IMG/VR virus record: IMGVR_UViG_3300020045_004810
Coordinates: 1-24,422 of that record
Direction: 5' to 3' (one strand)
DNA: 24,422 bases
Source of the DNA: a virus
Taxonomy: Duplodnaviria > Caudoviricetes
In this document: positions 8,868 through 15,786 of the stretch, in pieces
Layout: each line of letters starts with the position of its first letter
How positions within the stretch are numbered: the stretch's first letter is position 1
Notes under the pieces: model-generated
The model's database searches: none
Seen by the model: only the letters and a program-made list of their open reading frames with translations
Told to the model about the DNA's origin: nothing
Program-made: the position numbers and the translations under genes

Positions 8868-9062
8868 TCAATTAAAAAATATATCGTTAAATTTTTTTTG
8901 CTCCGTTAGATCCGCCACCTTAATTTCGCTAACTTTAAACATTTCTATATCTGGATAATTCGGTACTATCACCATGCAAAAAATTTCTTTTATTATTGGA
9001 TCAAATATATAACTATCTATATATCCTATTTTTGGGCTATCTAAAATTACTATTGTTTTCAT
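8868..9062 (-). CDS. Hypothetical protein (64 aa)
   Basis: ORF track; operon packing. Confidence 0.6.
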   Translation of the reverse strand: MKTIVILDSPKIGYIDSYIFDPIIKEIFCMVIVPNYPDIEMFKVSEIKVADLTEQKKFNDIFFN

Positions 9063-9063
9063 A

Positions 9064-9390
9064 TTAAAGGCTATTTAAGTATGTATTGATCTGGTTGCTT
9101 ACATCTAATACTGATGTGCCATTAAACTCTTTCTCGGCTTTACAATCGGTTGTTTTAAATCTAGCGTATCCCCAATATTTCATACCCGCAGACATCATCG
9201 ACGAAAGTATTGATACACGTTCTAAGTTTGCTACATCAAAAATGCAGTCTTGTTTTTCTTTAGTTAAGTTCATGTTTTCTAGTTTATTGTATTTATCTAT
9301 TACTGATTGGTCTATTATTACCCTATCTTCAAATTTACCGAATAGCGTGTAACCCCAATATTGAATAAAACTATCGAGGCTGAATCTCAT
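9064..9390 (-). CDS. Hypothetical protein (108 aa)
   Basis: ORF track; operon packing. Confidence 0.65.
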   Translation of the reverse strand: MRFSLDSFIQYWGYTLFGKFEDRVIIDQSVIDKYNKLENMNLTKEKQDCIFDVANLERVSILSSMMSAGMKYWGYARFKTTDCKAEKEFNGTSVLDVSNQINTYLNSL

Positions 9391-9515
9391 ATAAACCGAT
9401 CTAAATCATCATCGTTTTCATTGCCGTTATTAATGTAACGGGTGTATTTGTGTGAGGCCCAGACTAGCACGATCACGGCTAGTATTGAAAGCAGGCAGGT
9501 TAAGAATGGGTTCAT
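9387..9515 (-). CDS. Small single-pass membrane protein (42 aa)
   Basis: MNPFLTCLLSILAVIVLVWASHKYTRYINNGNENDDDLDRFI; ATGA overlaps at both ends. Confidence 0.6.
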   Translation of the reverse strand: MNPFLTCLLSILAVIVLVWASHKYTRYINNGNENDDDLDRFI

Positions 9516-9718
9516 ATCAAGTTCTCTAAGTTAATTCCTTCAATTCTTGCTATCTCTCTAGCCTCGTATTCTTTTTTTCGGTTAATTGTGAAATGCAACG
9601 TTACAAAGCACTTCTCTATATCTAACGTTGGATTAGTCCTAGACCGAACGAAACGCATTTCCGGTACAGCATGATGGCAGATTACTTTGGTGCCGTTGGT
9701 GAATGTTATTTGGGTCAT
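9512..9718 (-). CDS. Hypothetical protein (68 aa)
   Basis: ORF track; ATGA coupling. Confidence 0.65.
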   Translation of the reverse strand: MTQITFTNGTKVICHHAVPEMRFVRSRTNPTLDIEKCFVTLHFTINRKKEYEAREIARIEGINLENLI

Positions 9719-10026
9719 ACCGTGCGTAGTGATTTAAGGTAGTGAACTACACGTTGTTTTGGGCTGCTATCCCCTCTTTTTAATTCGCCTATAAATCCAT
9801 CATTAACCTCACCTATTATAGGTAATACACCGTCTTTAGATCCACCGGTTATCCTAATAAGTTCTTGAACTTCTAACGGATGGTTTTTAAATGTTGGGCT
9901 ACAAGTTGTCGCTCCACAATGACCTAAAGCACAACTCCTGTTCAATGACCTCAAAACACCAGTACACCACTTATCTTCTGGTATCGCCTCAAACTTTGCT
10001 ATAAAGTATTCTAAATCGTATTCCAT
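9715..10026 (-). CDS. Hypothetical phage protein (CALGHCG motif)
   Basis: Start moved to ATG 10026 (MEYDLEYFIAKFEAIPEDKWCTG) because the upstream GTG lies inside a terminator hairpin. Confidence 0.7.
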   Translation of the reverse strand: MEYDLEYFIAKFEAIPEDKWCTGVLRSLNRSCALGHCGATTCSPTFKNHPLEVQELIRITGGSKDGVLPIIGEVNDGFIGELKRGDSSPKQRVVHYLKSLRTV

Positions 10027-10042
10027 TTCTTTTCTCTCTTTT

Positions 10043-10071
10043 AAAAACGGGTAGGGAACCACACCTACCCG
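10043..10071 (-). terminator. Intrinsic terminator/attenuator after the tRNA-like pair
   Basis: Minus strand CGGGTAGG-TGTGGTTC-CCTACCCG-TTTTT. Confidence 0.75.
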
Positions 10072-10094
10072 CCAACCTTAAACCTAAACTATTG

Positions 10095-10206
10095 TGAACA
10101 AAGAAGGGATCGAACCTTCATACTTTCTTAGTAATTACTAATTATGCTATACCCTCGAAGGGATCGTTTTGCATATACGCGCGTCTACCAATTCCGCCAT
10201 CTGTTC
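10095..10206 (-). ncRNA. tRNA-like element 2 (112 nt), Leu-type scaffold with an expanded non-canonical anticodon/variable region
   Basis: GAACAGA-TG-GCGGAATTGGTAGACGC-[about 61 nt]-GAAGG TTCGATC CCTTC-TTTGTTC-A-CAA. 7-bp acceptor stem, tRNA-Leu-type D-arm and perfect T-arm. Confidence 0.8.
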
Positions 10207-10297
10207 ATTTTGCCTTGCGTTACAACTACTGACTATTGTTTAATATCGCTGTGTACCTAATCGAATTAAATCAGCATCGTTATTAACAAGGACTTTG

Positions 10298-10344
10298 AGC
10301 CAAGTAAGGGATTCGAACCCTCATACATCCGGTTATGCTTGGCT
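10298..10344 (-). ncRNA. tRNA-like element 3 (47 nt), minihelix-like with acceptor stem and T-arm only
   Basis: AGCCAAG-CATAACCGGATGTAT-GAGGG TTCGAAT CCCTT-A-CTTGGCT; no D-arm or anticodon arm. Confidence 0.65.
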
Positions 10345-10403
10345 ACATTCACGAAAACCTAACTCCATAGTATTTACGATCACTAAACTAACGCTCTCTG
10401 GTA

Positions 10404-10435
10404 CAAGTATAGGGAGTTATTTTTAGCGTTGCAAC
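10404..10435 (-). promoter_or_regulatory. Leftward promoter for the tRNA-like unit
   Basis: Minus strand GTTG-N20-TATACTTG, one mismatch in each box of the Bacteroidota consensus. Confidence 0.5.
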
Positions 10436-10436
10436 T

Positions 10437-10474
10437 TTGTATCATGAACGTTACAAAACTTATTACTATCTTAG
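10437..10474 (+). promoter_or_regulatory. Dyad site (10437-10456) and -7-like element (TATCTTAG, 10467-10474) of the lysis cassette
   Basis: TTGTATC-N6-GTTACAA inverted repeat; the -7-like box ends 20 nt before ATG 10495. Confidence 0.5.
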
Positions 10475-10494
10475 CACAACTAAGAATATCTATC

Positions 10495-10653
10495 ATGGCA
10501 AAAGAAAAGAAAGAAGAACCAAAGTCTAAAACTAAATTAAAAGTTGCTGGCGAAAATTGCGGCCCTACACCTAAAAACCCAGGCGGCCCAGGTGCTGGAG
10601 ATTGGCAATGTAGAGACGGTAAATGGGAGTGGATAACTGAGATTGGAGGTTAA
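10495..10653 (+). CDS. Small peptide (52 aa) with a charged N-terminal half and a Cys-pair, Gly/Pro/Trp-rich C-terminal half
   Basis: MAKEKKEEPKSKTKLKVAGENCGPTPKNPGGPGAGDWQCRDGKWEWITEIGG; ATG 10495 chosen because it follows the promoter. Confidence 0.75.
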   Translation: MAKEKKEEPKSKTKLKVAGENCGPTPKNPGGPGAGDWQCRDGKWEWITEIGG

Positions 10654-11031
10654 TTGAATAATCGATCTATAATCACAGCGTTACTCCTTATTTGCTTTGT
10701 GTGCAGTCATAATCTGTTTTTATACTGCGCACATAATTTCATTATCGACAAACTCGACGCTAAATGTTGGTACAGCGCCGAACTGCTTTTCTTTGCTATG
10801 CCTTTAGTCTTTATGGGAAACCGTAACGATAAGTCACAAGGTGAAATTCAGCTTAGAAAAATATTTGGGTTGTTCTTATGTCTTATTATGGGCTTAATTG
10901 CATTTAATAACTTCAGGTTTGCTCCATTTGTAATTAGTGGCATACTTTTACAGGTGATTCTACTCAATGGGATAACTTTTGGATATGCTATATTTTCACT
11001 TATTTTTTCAGATAAAAACGGGGACATATAA
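10654..11031 (+). CDS. Polytopic membrane protein (about 4 TM)
   Basis: TTG start abutting the peptide stop codon; four hydrophobic segments. Confidence 0.7.
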   Translation: MNNRSIITALLLICFVCSHNLFLYCAHNFIIDKLDAKCWYSAELLFFAMPLVFMGNRNDKSQGEIQLRKIFGLFLCLIMGLIAFNNFRFAPFVISGILLQVILLNGITFGYAIFSLIFSDKNGDI

Positions 11032-11032
11032 C

Positions 11033-11473
11033 ATGGTCGGATATGTAGTCAAAGCGTTGTACGTATTTGCCATAGAACTGCTTATAATGGCATCTTTTTT
11101 CGCAGGCTTTGATAATGCAGATCTAGCCCAGGTATTAGCGTGTACAGTTTCTATTATATGCGGTTTCGGACTACGAATGGTTATGATGGCGGCCAATGAT
11201 ATTCCTTTAACCAAAAAAGTAATTACCATTCATGGGTTTGCGACTATATTTATCGCTTGGCTAGCATGGAACGTTTGGGAACAAGGCACGAAAAATGTGT
11301 GGTTGTTTACTATGATCGGATTACAGCCTTATTTGATCTTTTGTAGTTTTATGTCGGTTTACCTTATACAAACCTTAAACGGATTGTTAGAAAAAATTAG
11401 CAAGTTCTCAGCAAAGCAAATTTTAACTAAATACTTCCTTTCGGAGGATAAAGATAAGGAGGACAAAGTATAA
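11033..11473 (+). CDS. Polytopic membrane protein (about 4 TM), holin candidate
   Basis: Start moved to ATG 11033; several TM segments and a highly charged C-terminal tail (SEDKDKEDKV), as in holins. Confidence 0.65.
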   Translation: MVGYVVKALYVFAIELLIMASFFAGFDNADLAQVLACTVSIICGFGLRMVMMAANDIPLTKKVITIHGFATIFIAWLAWNVWEQGTKNVWLFTMIGLQPYLIFCSFMSVYLIQTLNGLLEKISKFSAKQILTKYFLSEDKDKEDKV

Positions 11474-11853
11474 TGGAACAATTCTTATTAATAGTATGCT
11501 CCGCTTTCACAATGATACTTCTGGTATTACTTACATGCATTTTAATGTACTTTACATGCAAGCTTAAGATGAAGTACAGAATACTTAAAATAATCATCCG
11601 TACGCTATTCTTTTGGGACTTCTGGTATATATGCTGGTTATACAGGTGGTTCGGTTTAAATCGCCTTGCGATATGGTCAGTACCGGCGATGATTTGTTTA
11701 GTATTCCTTATATCTCAGTTATCAGGGCTATTGTATAGTAAGGAGATACTGAAAAGAACTACTGAAATAATCATATTAACGCCTGTTCTTTGGGTATCTC
11801 TTACGGGGCTTATTTATCACTTATTGAATAAGGGTTATAAATTAGTAAATTAA
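11473..11853 (+). CDS. Polytopic membrane protein (about 4 TM)
   Basis: TAATG-coupled; hydrophobic segments with basic loops. Confidence 0.7.
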   Translation: MEQFLLIVCSAFTMILLVLLTCILMYFTCKLKMKYRILKIIIRTLFFWDFWYICWLYRWFGLNRLAIWSVPAMICLVFLISQLSGLLYSKEILKRTTEIIILTPVLWVSLTGLIYHLLNKGYKLVN

Positions 11854-11881
11854 TACCTAACTTAGTGGAAAACAAATCTAT

Positions 11882-12481
11882 ATGGCTAAGTTCGAAATAG
11901 CAGAATCAATTACAGGCCGAAATGAGGGAGGTTACGCAAATAATCCGGCAGATACTGGGGGCGAAACATACGCTGGTATAGCTCGTAATTATTGGCCTAA
12001 ATGGGAAGGGTGGAAGTATATCGATAAGTATAAAGCCGATTACGCAAAATCAGATAAAAAACTTTCACTTGCTAAATGGGTAAATGGATCCGCTAAAGTA
12101 ACAAGCGAACCCTTACATTTCATGGTATCTGCTTTCTACAAACAAAATTTTTGGGATGTAAATAAGCTTGATCTTATTAAAGATCAGCAGCTGGCTAATA
12201 CAGTTTATGATTTTGGTGTCAATTCCGGTACAGGCAGAGCGGCCAAATTTCTACAGTGGGCTTATAATAATGAGCAAGCGTTTAATGAAACGCATAAAAA
12301 GATTGTTGAAGATGGCAAAATTGGGCCAAAAACATTAGAGGCTATTAACGCTGAAGATCCGGCTGAAGTTTATAATTGCTTTAATACCTTAAGAGAGACT
12401 TTTTACCGTTCAATAGCTAAAGGCAATCAATCTCAATTCCTTAAATCATGGTTAAGCAGATTAAAACCTTATAAAAAATGA
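11882..12481 (+). CDS. Endolysin, glycoside hydrolase family 108 with a C-terminal peptidoglycan-binding region
   Basis: EGGYANNPADTGGETYAGI, YDFGVNSG, DGKIGPKTL and FLKSWLSR are GH108/PG_binding_3 hallmarks. Confidence 0.93.
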   Translation: MAKFEIAESITGRNEGGYANNPADTGGETYAGIARNYWPKWEGWKYIDKYKADYAKSDKKLSLAKWVNGSAKVTSEPLHFMVSAFYKQNFWDVNKLDLIKDQQLANTVYDFGVNSGTGRAAKFLQWAYNNEQAFNETHKKIVEDGKIGPKTLEAINAEDPAEVYNCFNTLRETFYRSIAKGNQSQFLKSWLSRLKPYKK

Positions 12482-12741
12482 AATGGGCAGCAGACAATCT
12501 TAAAGGCTTAATGGCAATATTCGTTTTAGCCTGTTCGTTCGGTTACTTCTTTGTGATTACATTCTTTGAGAAAAAAGCAGACCCACAAGTTATAATTGCT
12601 ATCGTATCGGCGAACTCTACCGTATTAGGTTACTATTTCGGTTCATCCCAGGGGAGTAATAAGAAAGATGAACTATTAGCGACAATGAATACCCCTAATG
12701 CAACGACTACCACTGGAGACATTAATCTAGAATCAAAATGA
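12478..12741 (+). CDS. 2-TM holin-like protein
   Basis: Two TM segments ending VLGYYFGSSQGS, a motif common in phage lysis-cassette membrane proteins; ATGA overlap with the endolysin. Confidence 0.7.
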   Translation: MKWAADNLKGLMAIFVLACSFGYFFVITFFEKKADPQVIIAIVSANSTVLGYYFGSSQGSNKKDELLATMNTPNATTTTGDINLESK

Positions 12742-13220
12742 AATACACAGCCCTAATACTATTCATCTTGTTAACTATTGGCTGCGGGACTCGTAAAGCT
12801 GTAGTAGACTTGCAAACAGTTAAAACTAAAGATGAGGCTAAAACTGAGGCTACAGGATCGGTAAGTAAGCAATCTGAAGCTAACAAACAATCTGGCACCG
12901 ATGAACAGTTAGCTAAAACAGATGAAAAGCAAGAAAGCCGGACACGCGAGTTGTTTGATGAGAACGGTAAGCTAAAAGAGCGTATTACAGAGCTTATTAA
13001 TTCTAAGTCGGTTGATAACTCGAAACGAAATACTTATAACCGTGAGATTATTACTACGAGGTCTGACAGCGCATTTAAAGTTACTACATACCGATTGGTT
13101 ACGATTACTAGTAAAGATAAAAAAAAGACCACTACTACTGATAGAAATGGCCTTTACTGGCTTATAGGGGCTGTATGCGTTATTGGGTTAGCTTTCTGGT
13201 TGAAGCCGTGGGTTAAGTAG
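12738..13220 (+). CDS. Unimolecular spanin-like lipoprotein
   Basis: Lipoprotein signal MKYTALILFILLTIG-C, a Thr/Ser/Lys-rich periplasmic part and a C-terminal TM segment (LYWLIGAVCVIGLAFWL). Confidence 0.75.
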   Translation: MKYTALILFILLTIGCGTRKAVVDLQTVKTKDEAKTEATGSVSKQSEANKQSGTDEQLAKTDEKQESRTRELFDENGKLKERITELINSKSVDNSKRNTYNREIITTRSDSAFKVTTYRLVTITSKDKKKTTTTDRNGLYWLIGAVCVIGLAFWLKPWVK

Positions 13221-13617
13221 ATAGCTTTAAAACAATCCAATTACCGGCATCTATTTTATTAGCGTAAAGGAGGGAAGCAAAAGATTCTTTAGCTGTGTTT
13301 GTAAAAAAATCCCAATTATAGTTTCTGCTACATCTTGATTTAACAAAATAATTTTTAAAAACTCTGTTAAGGTCTATGGGTGGTTTCATCACCAATTCTC
13401 TACATTGTTCCTCTGTCAATTCAAATACATTCCCTATAAGATCCAATTTTTCTTTATATACGTTAAGTTTTATATATTCGTATTCTTTGCCAAATACTAC
13501 ATCTCCTAATATAATCTCTAATTCATTTATTGTTTGTAATAAACGAACTTTACTATAATTCTCTGGTACTTTAACAAGTATAATCTTAGCTTTACCAGTA
13601 TCAATTTCTATTTTCAT
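13213..13617 (-). CDS. Hypothetical protein (134 aa)
   Basis: ORF track; last gene of the third leftward cassette. Confidence 0.7.
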   Translation of the reverse strand: MKIEIDTGKAKIILVKVPENYSKVRLLQTINELEIILGDVVFGKEYEYIKLNVYKEKLDLIGNVFELTEEQCRELVMKPPIDLNRVFKNYFVKSRCSRNYNWDFFTNTAKESFASLLYANKIDAGNWIVLKLST

Positions 13618-13703
13618 ATTCTATTTTGTTTAAAACCGTTCATCATTTGGATCTAATGCCTCAACGTCCTGAGAGATTAGAAGTATTATTAGGAGGTATG
13701 CGC

Positions 13704-13919
13704 TTATGTAGCGCATGGCTGATTCGGGTTAACTATTGCCGTAAAGCCTTTATACAACAAGTAATGCACGAAACTTTTAGAAGTAAACTCTTTAGTTCTA
13801 GCCGACCAACAAGTAAAAGCGTCTTCAATTGATAACCCTTTAGTTTCCGGTAAATCATGTATTACGTTGATTTCTTTATCTATTCCATTTACTTGGAATG
13901 TTATTTTACATTCTTTCAT
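13704..13919 (-). CDS. Hypothetical protein (71 aa)
   Basis: ORF track. Confidence 0.6.
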   Translation of the reverse strand: MKECKITFQVNGIDKEINVIHDLPETKGLSIEDAFTCWSARTKEFTSKSFVHYLLYKGFTAIVNPNQPCAT

Positions 13920-13983
13920 ATCTCACTTATTGCTTTAAATAATTTGTAACATACCCATAGCCATAATAGGCAGAGTCCGGTGG

Positions 13984-14364
13984 CTAACATATTGTTAGTT
14001 CTTCGTTGTGGAAAAAGTAGTATAAGTTTTGTAATCTATGAACAGGCATCTCTTTAACTGAAAATTCATTATTGCTTAAATACATACGATCACCACAAAT
14101 CATCATATCGCCATTCTCATGAATAAACCATATGTCATCGGCTATAATGTCTTTTACAAACCCAAACTTCAATAACCATTGCTCGGTTAAAGGTATCGAA
14201 TCATAAGAATCTTGAACGTTGTAAGTGTTAATTAAGTTGTTAACCGAATCAGAACAACCTATATAAAACTGGCTATTTTCTTTAGCTATTTTTATTACTG
14301 TTCTTTGCTTACCAAAATAATTAATATAGTTTCCGATACGCACTTCTTTTGCTTCTATCATCAC
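13984..14364 (-). CDS. Conserved hypothetical Bacteroidota phage protein
   Basis: AKEVRIGNY...IPLTEQWLLKFGF...VHRLQNLYYF is a recurrent family signature. Confidence 0.8.
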   Translation of the reverse strand: MMIEAKEVRIGNYINYFGKQRTVIKIAKENSQFYIGCSDSVNNLINTYNVQDSYDSIPLTEQWLLKFGFVKDIIADDIWFIHENGDMMICGDRMYLSNNEFSVKEMPVHRLQNLYYFFHNEELTIC

Positions 14365-14434
14365 GCCGTATATTTAACAAACCACACCGCTATTGCCAGG
14401 AAAATGGTTAGTAGTAAAATTGATAGTTTCATAG

Positions 14435-14587
14435 TTAGTCGATTTTAAACTGTTCCTTTAGGTGATTAATTAATTCAACAGCTTGTTCTTTATTAATCCA
14501 CTCCATACCATGATCAGATTTAATAATAATCATTATTTGATTTTCTTCATCTTTAATGTCTACTTCTAAATATCTGCTAATTTCCAT
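14435..14587 (-). CDS. Hypothetical protein (50 aa, MEISRYLEVDIKDEENQ...)
   Basis: Hand translation; TAATG-coupled to the upstream gene. Confidence 0.6.
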   Translation of the reverse strand: MEISRYLEVDIKDEENQIMIIIKSDHGMEWINKEQAVELINHLKEQFKID

Positions 14588-14781
14588 TATTTATCCTCCG
14601 ATTTGTAAATGTTGATAATTGAGTAAACTGTTGGCGGTGTCATTCGGTACGATTTGCAGATGCCATTAATGATAGCTGACTTCATGCCACCCGCTTGTAA
14701 TTCTTGTTGATACCTTGTTTTTATTCGCTCATTACGTTCTAAACGTTTTCGCTTGTTTTCTGTAATTGTTTCTCTTGACAT
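14587..14781 (-). CDS. Small HTH regulator (64 aa)
   Basis: Start moved to ATG 14781. ERNERIKTRY...KSAIINGICKSYRMTPPTVYSII has an HTH pattern; first gene of a divergent unit. Confidence 0.7.
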   Translation of the reverse strand: MSRETITENKRKRLERNERIKTRYQQELQAGGMKSAIINGICKSYRMTPPTVYSIINIYKSEDK

Positions 14782-14784
14782 ATT

Positions 14785-14891
14785 CAAAGGTAATACAAAT
14801 ATTAATATGTTGTATATAATATCTTATAAAATATTTAATAAACAAAAAAGTAAAATAAATTTGCATGATAAATATATAGTCCGTACTATTG
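14785..14891. promoter_or_regulatory. Divergent promoter pair (early control region)
   Basis: Minus: TACCTTTG (14785-14792). Plus: TTTG(14860-14863)-N20-TACTATTG(14884-14891). Confidence 0.65.
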
Positions 14892-14913
14892 TGAACACTT
14901 AAACAAAAACATT

Positions 14914-15216
14914 ATGTCAACAAAACACACTAAAGGAGAATGGAGATTGGTTCACGTAGTTGACCACCCAACAGAAAGTAATATGCAGATAGGTTTTATA
15001 CAAACCGACAAAACATGTTTTGATTTTAGCGCAATTGAATCTGATACAATGCCTAGATTAGAATTTGAAGCTAATGCAAAGTTAATTTCTGCTGCACCTG
15101 AATTACTAGAAAACCTTATCAGATTAGTTGATAGGTTAGAGGAAAATGGGTTAGGGCATTTATCTGCCACAACAAGAGCTAAAGAATGTATCACTAAAGC
15201 TACAGGAGGAAACTAA
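14914..15216 (+). CDS. Conserved hypothetical phage protein (HTKGEW...ANAKLISAAPELLE family)
   Basis: Widespread phage early-gene signature. Confidence 0.8.
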   Translation: MSTKHTKGEWRLVHVVDHPTESNMQIGFIQTDKTCFDFSAIESDTMPRLEFEANAKLISAAPELLENLIRLVDRLEENGLGHLSATTRAKECITKATGGN

Positions 15217-15218
15217 CA

Positions 15219-15542
15219 ATGTCAACAAAACACAAATCGATCAATCCCGAAACTATCGACTTTAGTGCGACTAGCTTGGACACACACAATTCATTTAAGA
15301 TATATGATATAGAAGCCTGTAATGATATTGAATGGCTGTCTAAATCTGGTGAATGTGTACTTAAACTAAGGGTTATGACAGTCCTTAAATGGATCGAAGC
15401 AAATAAACTACACGTACCAGAAGATATGGAAGCTCACGAATGCGATTCACTTAAATGGCTGGATGATAACTTTGGCTCGGCGACTAAGGCTTATTTTATG
15501 GACGTTTATGCGATGGAAGAAAGTGAGGTGAGGAATGACTAA
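15219..15542 (+). CDS. Hypothetical protein (107 aa)
   Basis: ORF track; operon packing. Confidence 0.7.
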   Translation: MSTKHKSINPETIDFSATSLDTHNSFKIYDIEACNDIEWLSKSGECVLKLRVMTVLKWIEANKLHVPEDMEAHECDSLKWLDDNFGSATKAYFMDVYAMEESEVRND

Positions 15543-15786
15543 AGGAGAAGATATAGTAACACCCGTAGAGGTTTTCTGGGGTGACGGAAGTAGCCAAATA
15601 GAGAATAAAGGTTTAACTAAAAGAGAACACTTCGCTTCAATGGCAATGCAGGGTTGGATATCTGCAACTAACTTAGAAAATGTATCAATGAGTGATGCGG
15701 AAAATTTACCGATTGCATCAGCCAACTGGGCGGTTGCTTATGCAGACGCATTAATTAACGCTTTAAACAAAACTAAAAATGACTAA
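15535..15786 (+). CDS. Conserved hypothetical phage protein (GLTKREHFASMAMQG...AVAYADALI family)
   Basis: Recurrent phage family signature. Confidence 0.8.
   Translation: MTKGEDIVTPVEVFWGDGSSQIENKGLTKREHFASMAMQGWISATNLENVSMSDAENLPIASANWAVAYADALINALNKTKND

Noticed and set aside
10095-10206. Functional tRNA-Ala(TGC), tRNA-Cys(GCA) or intron-containing tRNA
   Set aside because: The anticodon hairpin is mismatched, and neither register gives a 5-bp stem with a 7-nt U33 loop. The scaffold is Leu-type, and the insert is too short for a self-splicing intron.
10043-10400. tmRNA or permuted tmRNA
   Set aside because: Neither acceptor stem has G3-U70, element 2 has a full D-stem, there is no CCA, and no tag reading frame was found.
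10495-10653. Classical RiPP (lanthipeptide or lasso peptide) cluster
   Set aside because: No modifying enzyme, peptidase or ABC exporter is present in the window, so it is kept only as an unexplained peptide.
14587-14891. Lambda-like CI/Cro lysogeny switch
   Set aside because: Divergent promoters exist, but there is no CI-type repressor with a peptidase domain and no integrase in the window, so lifestyle cannot be called.
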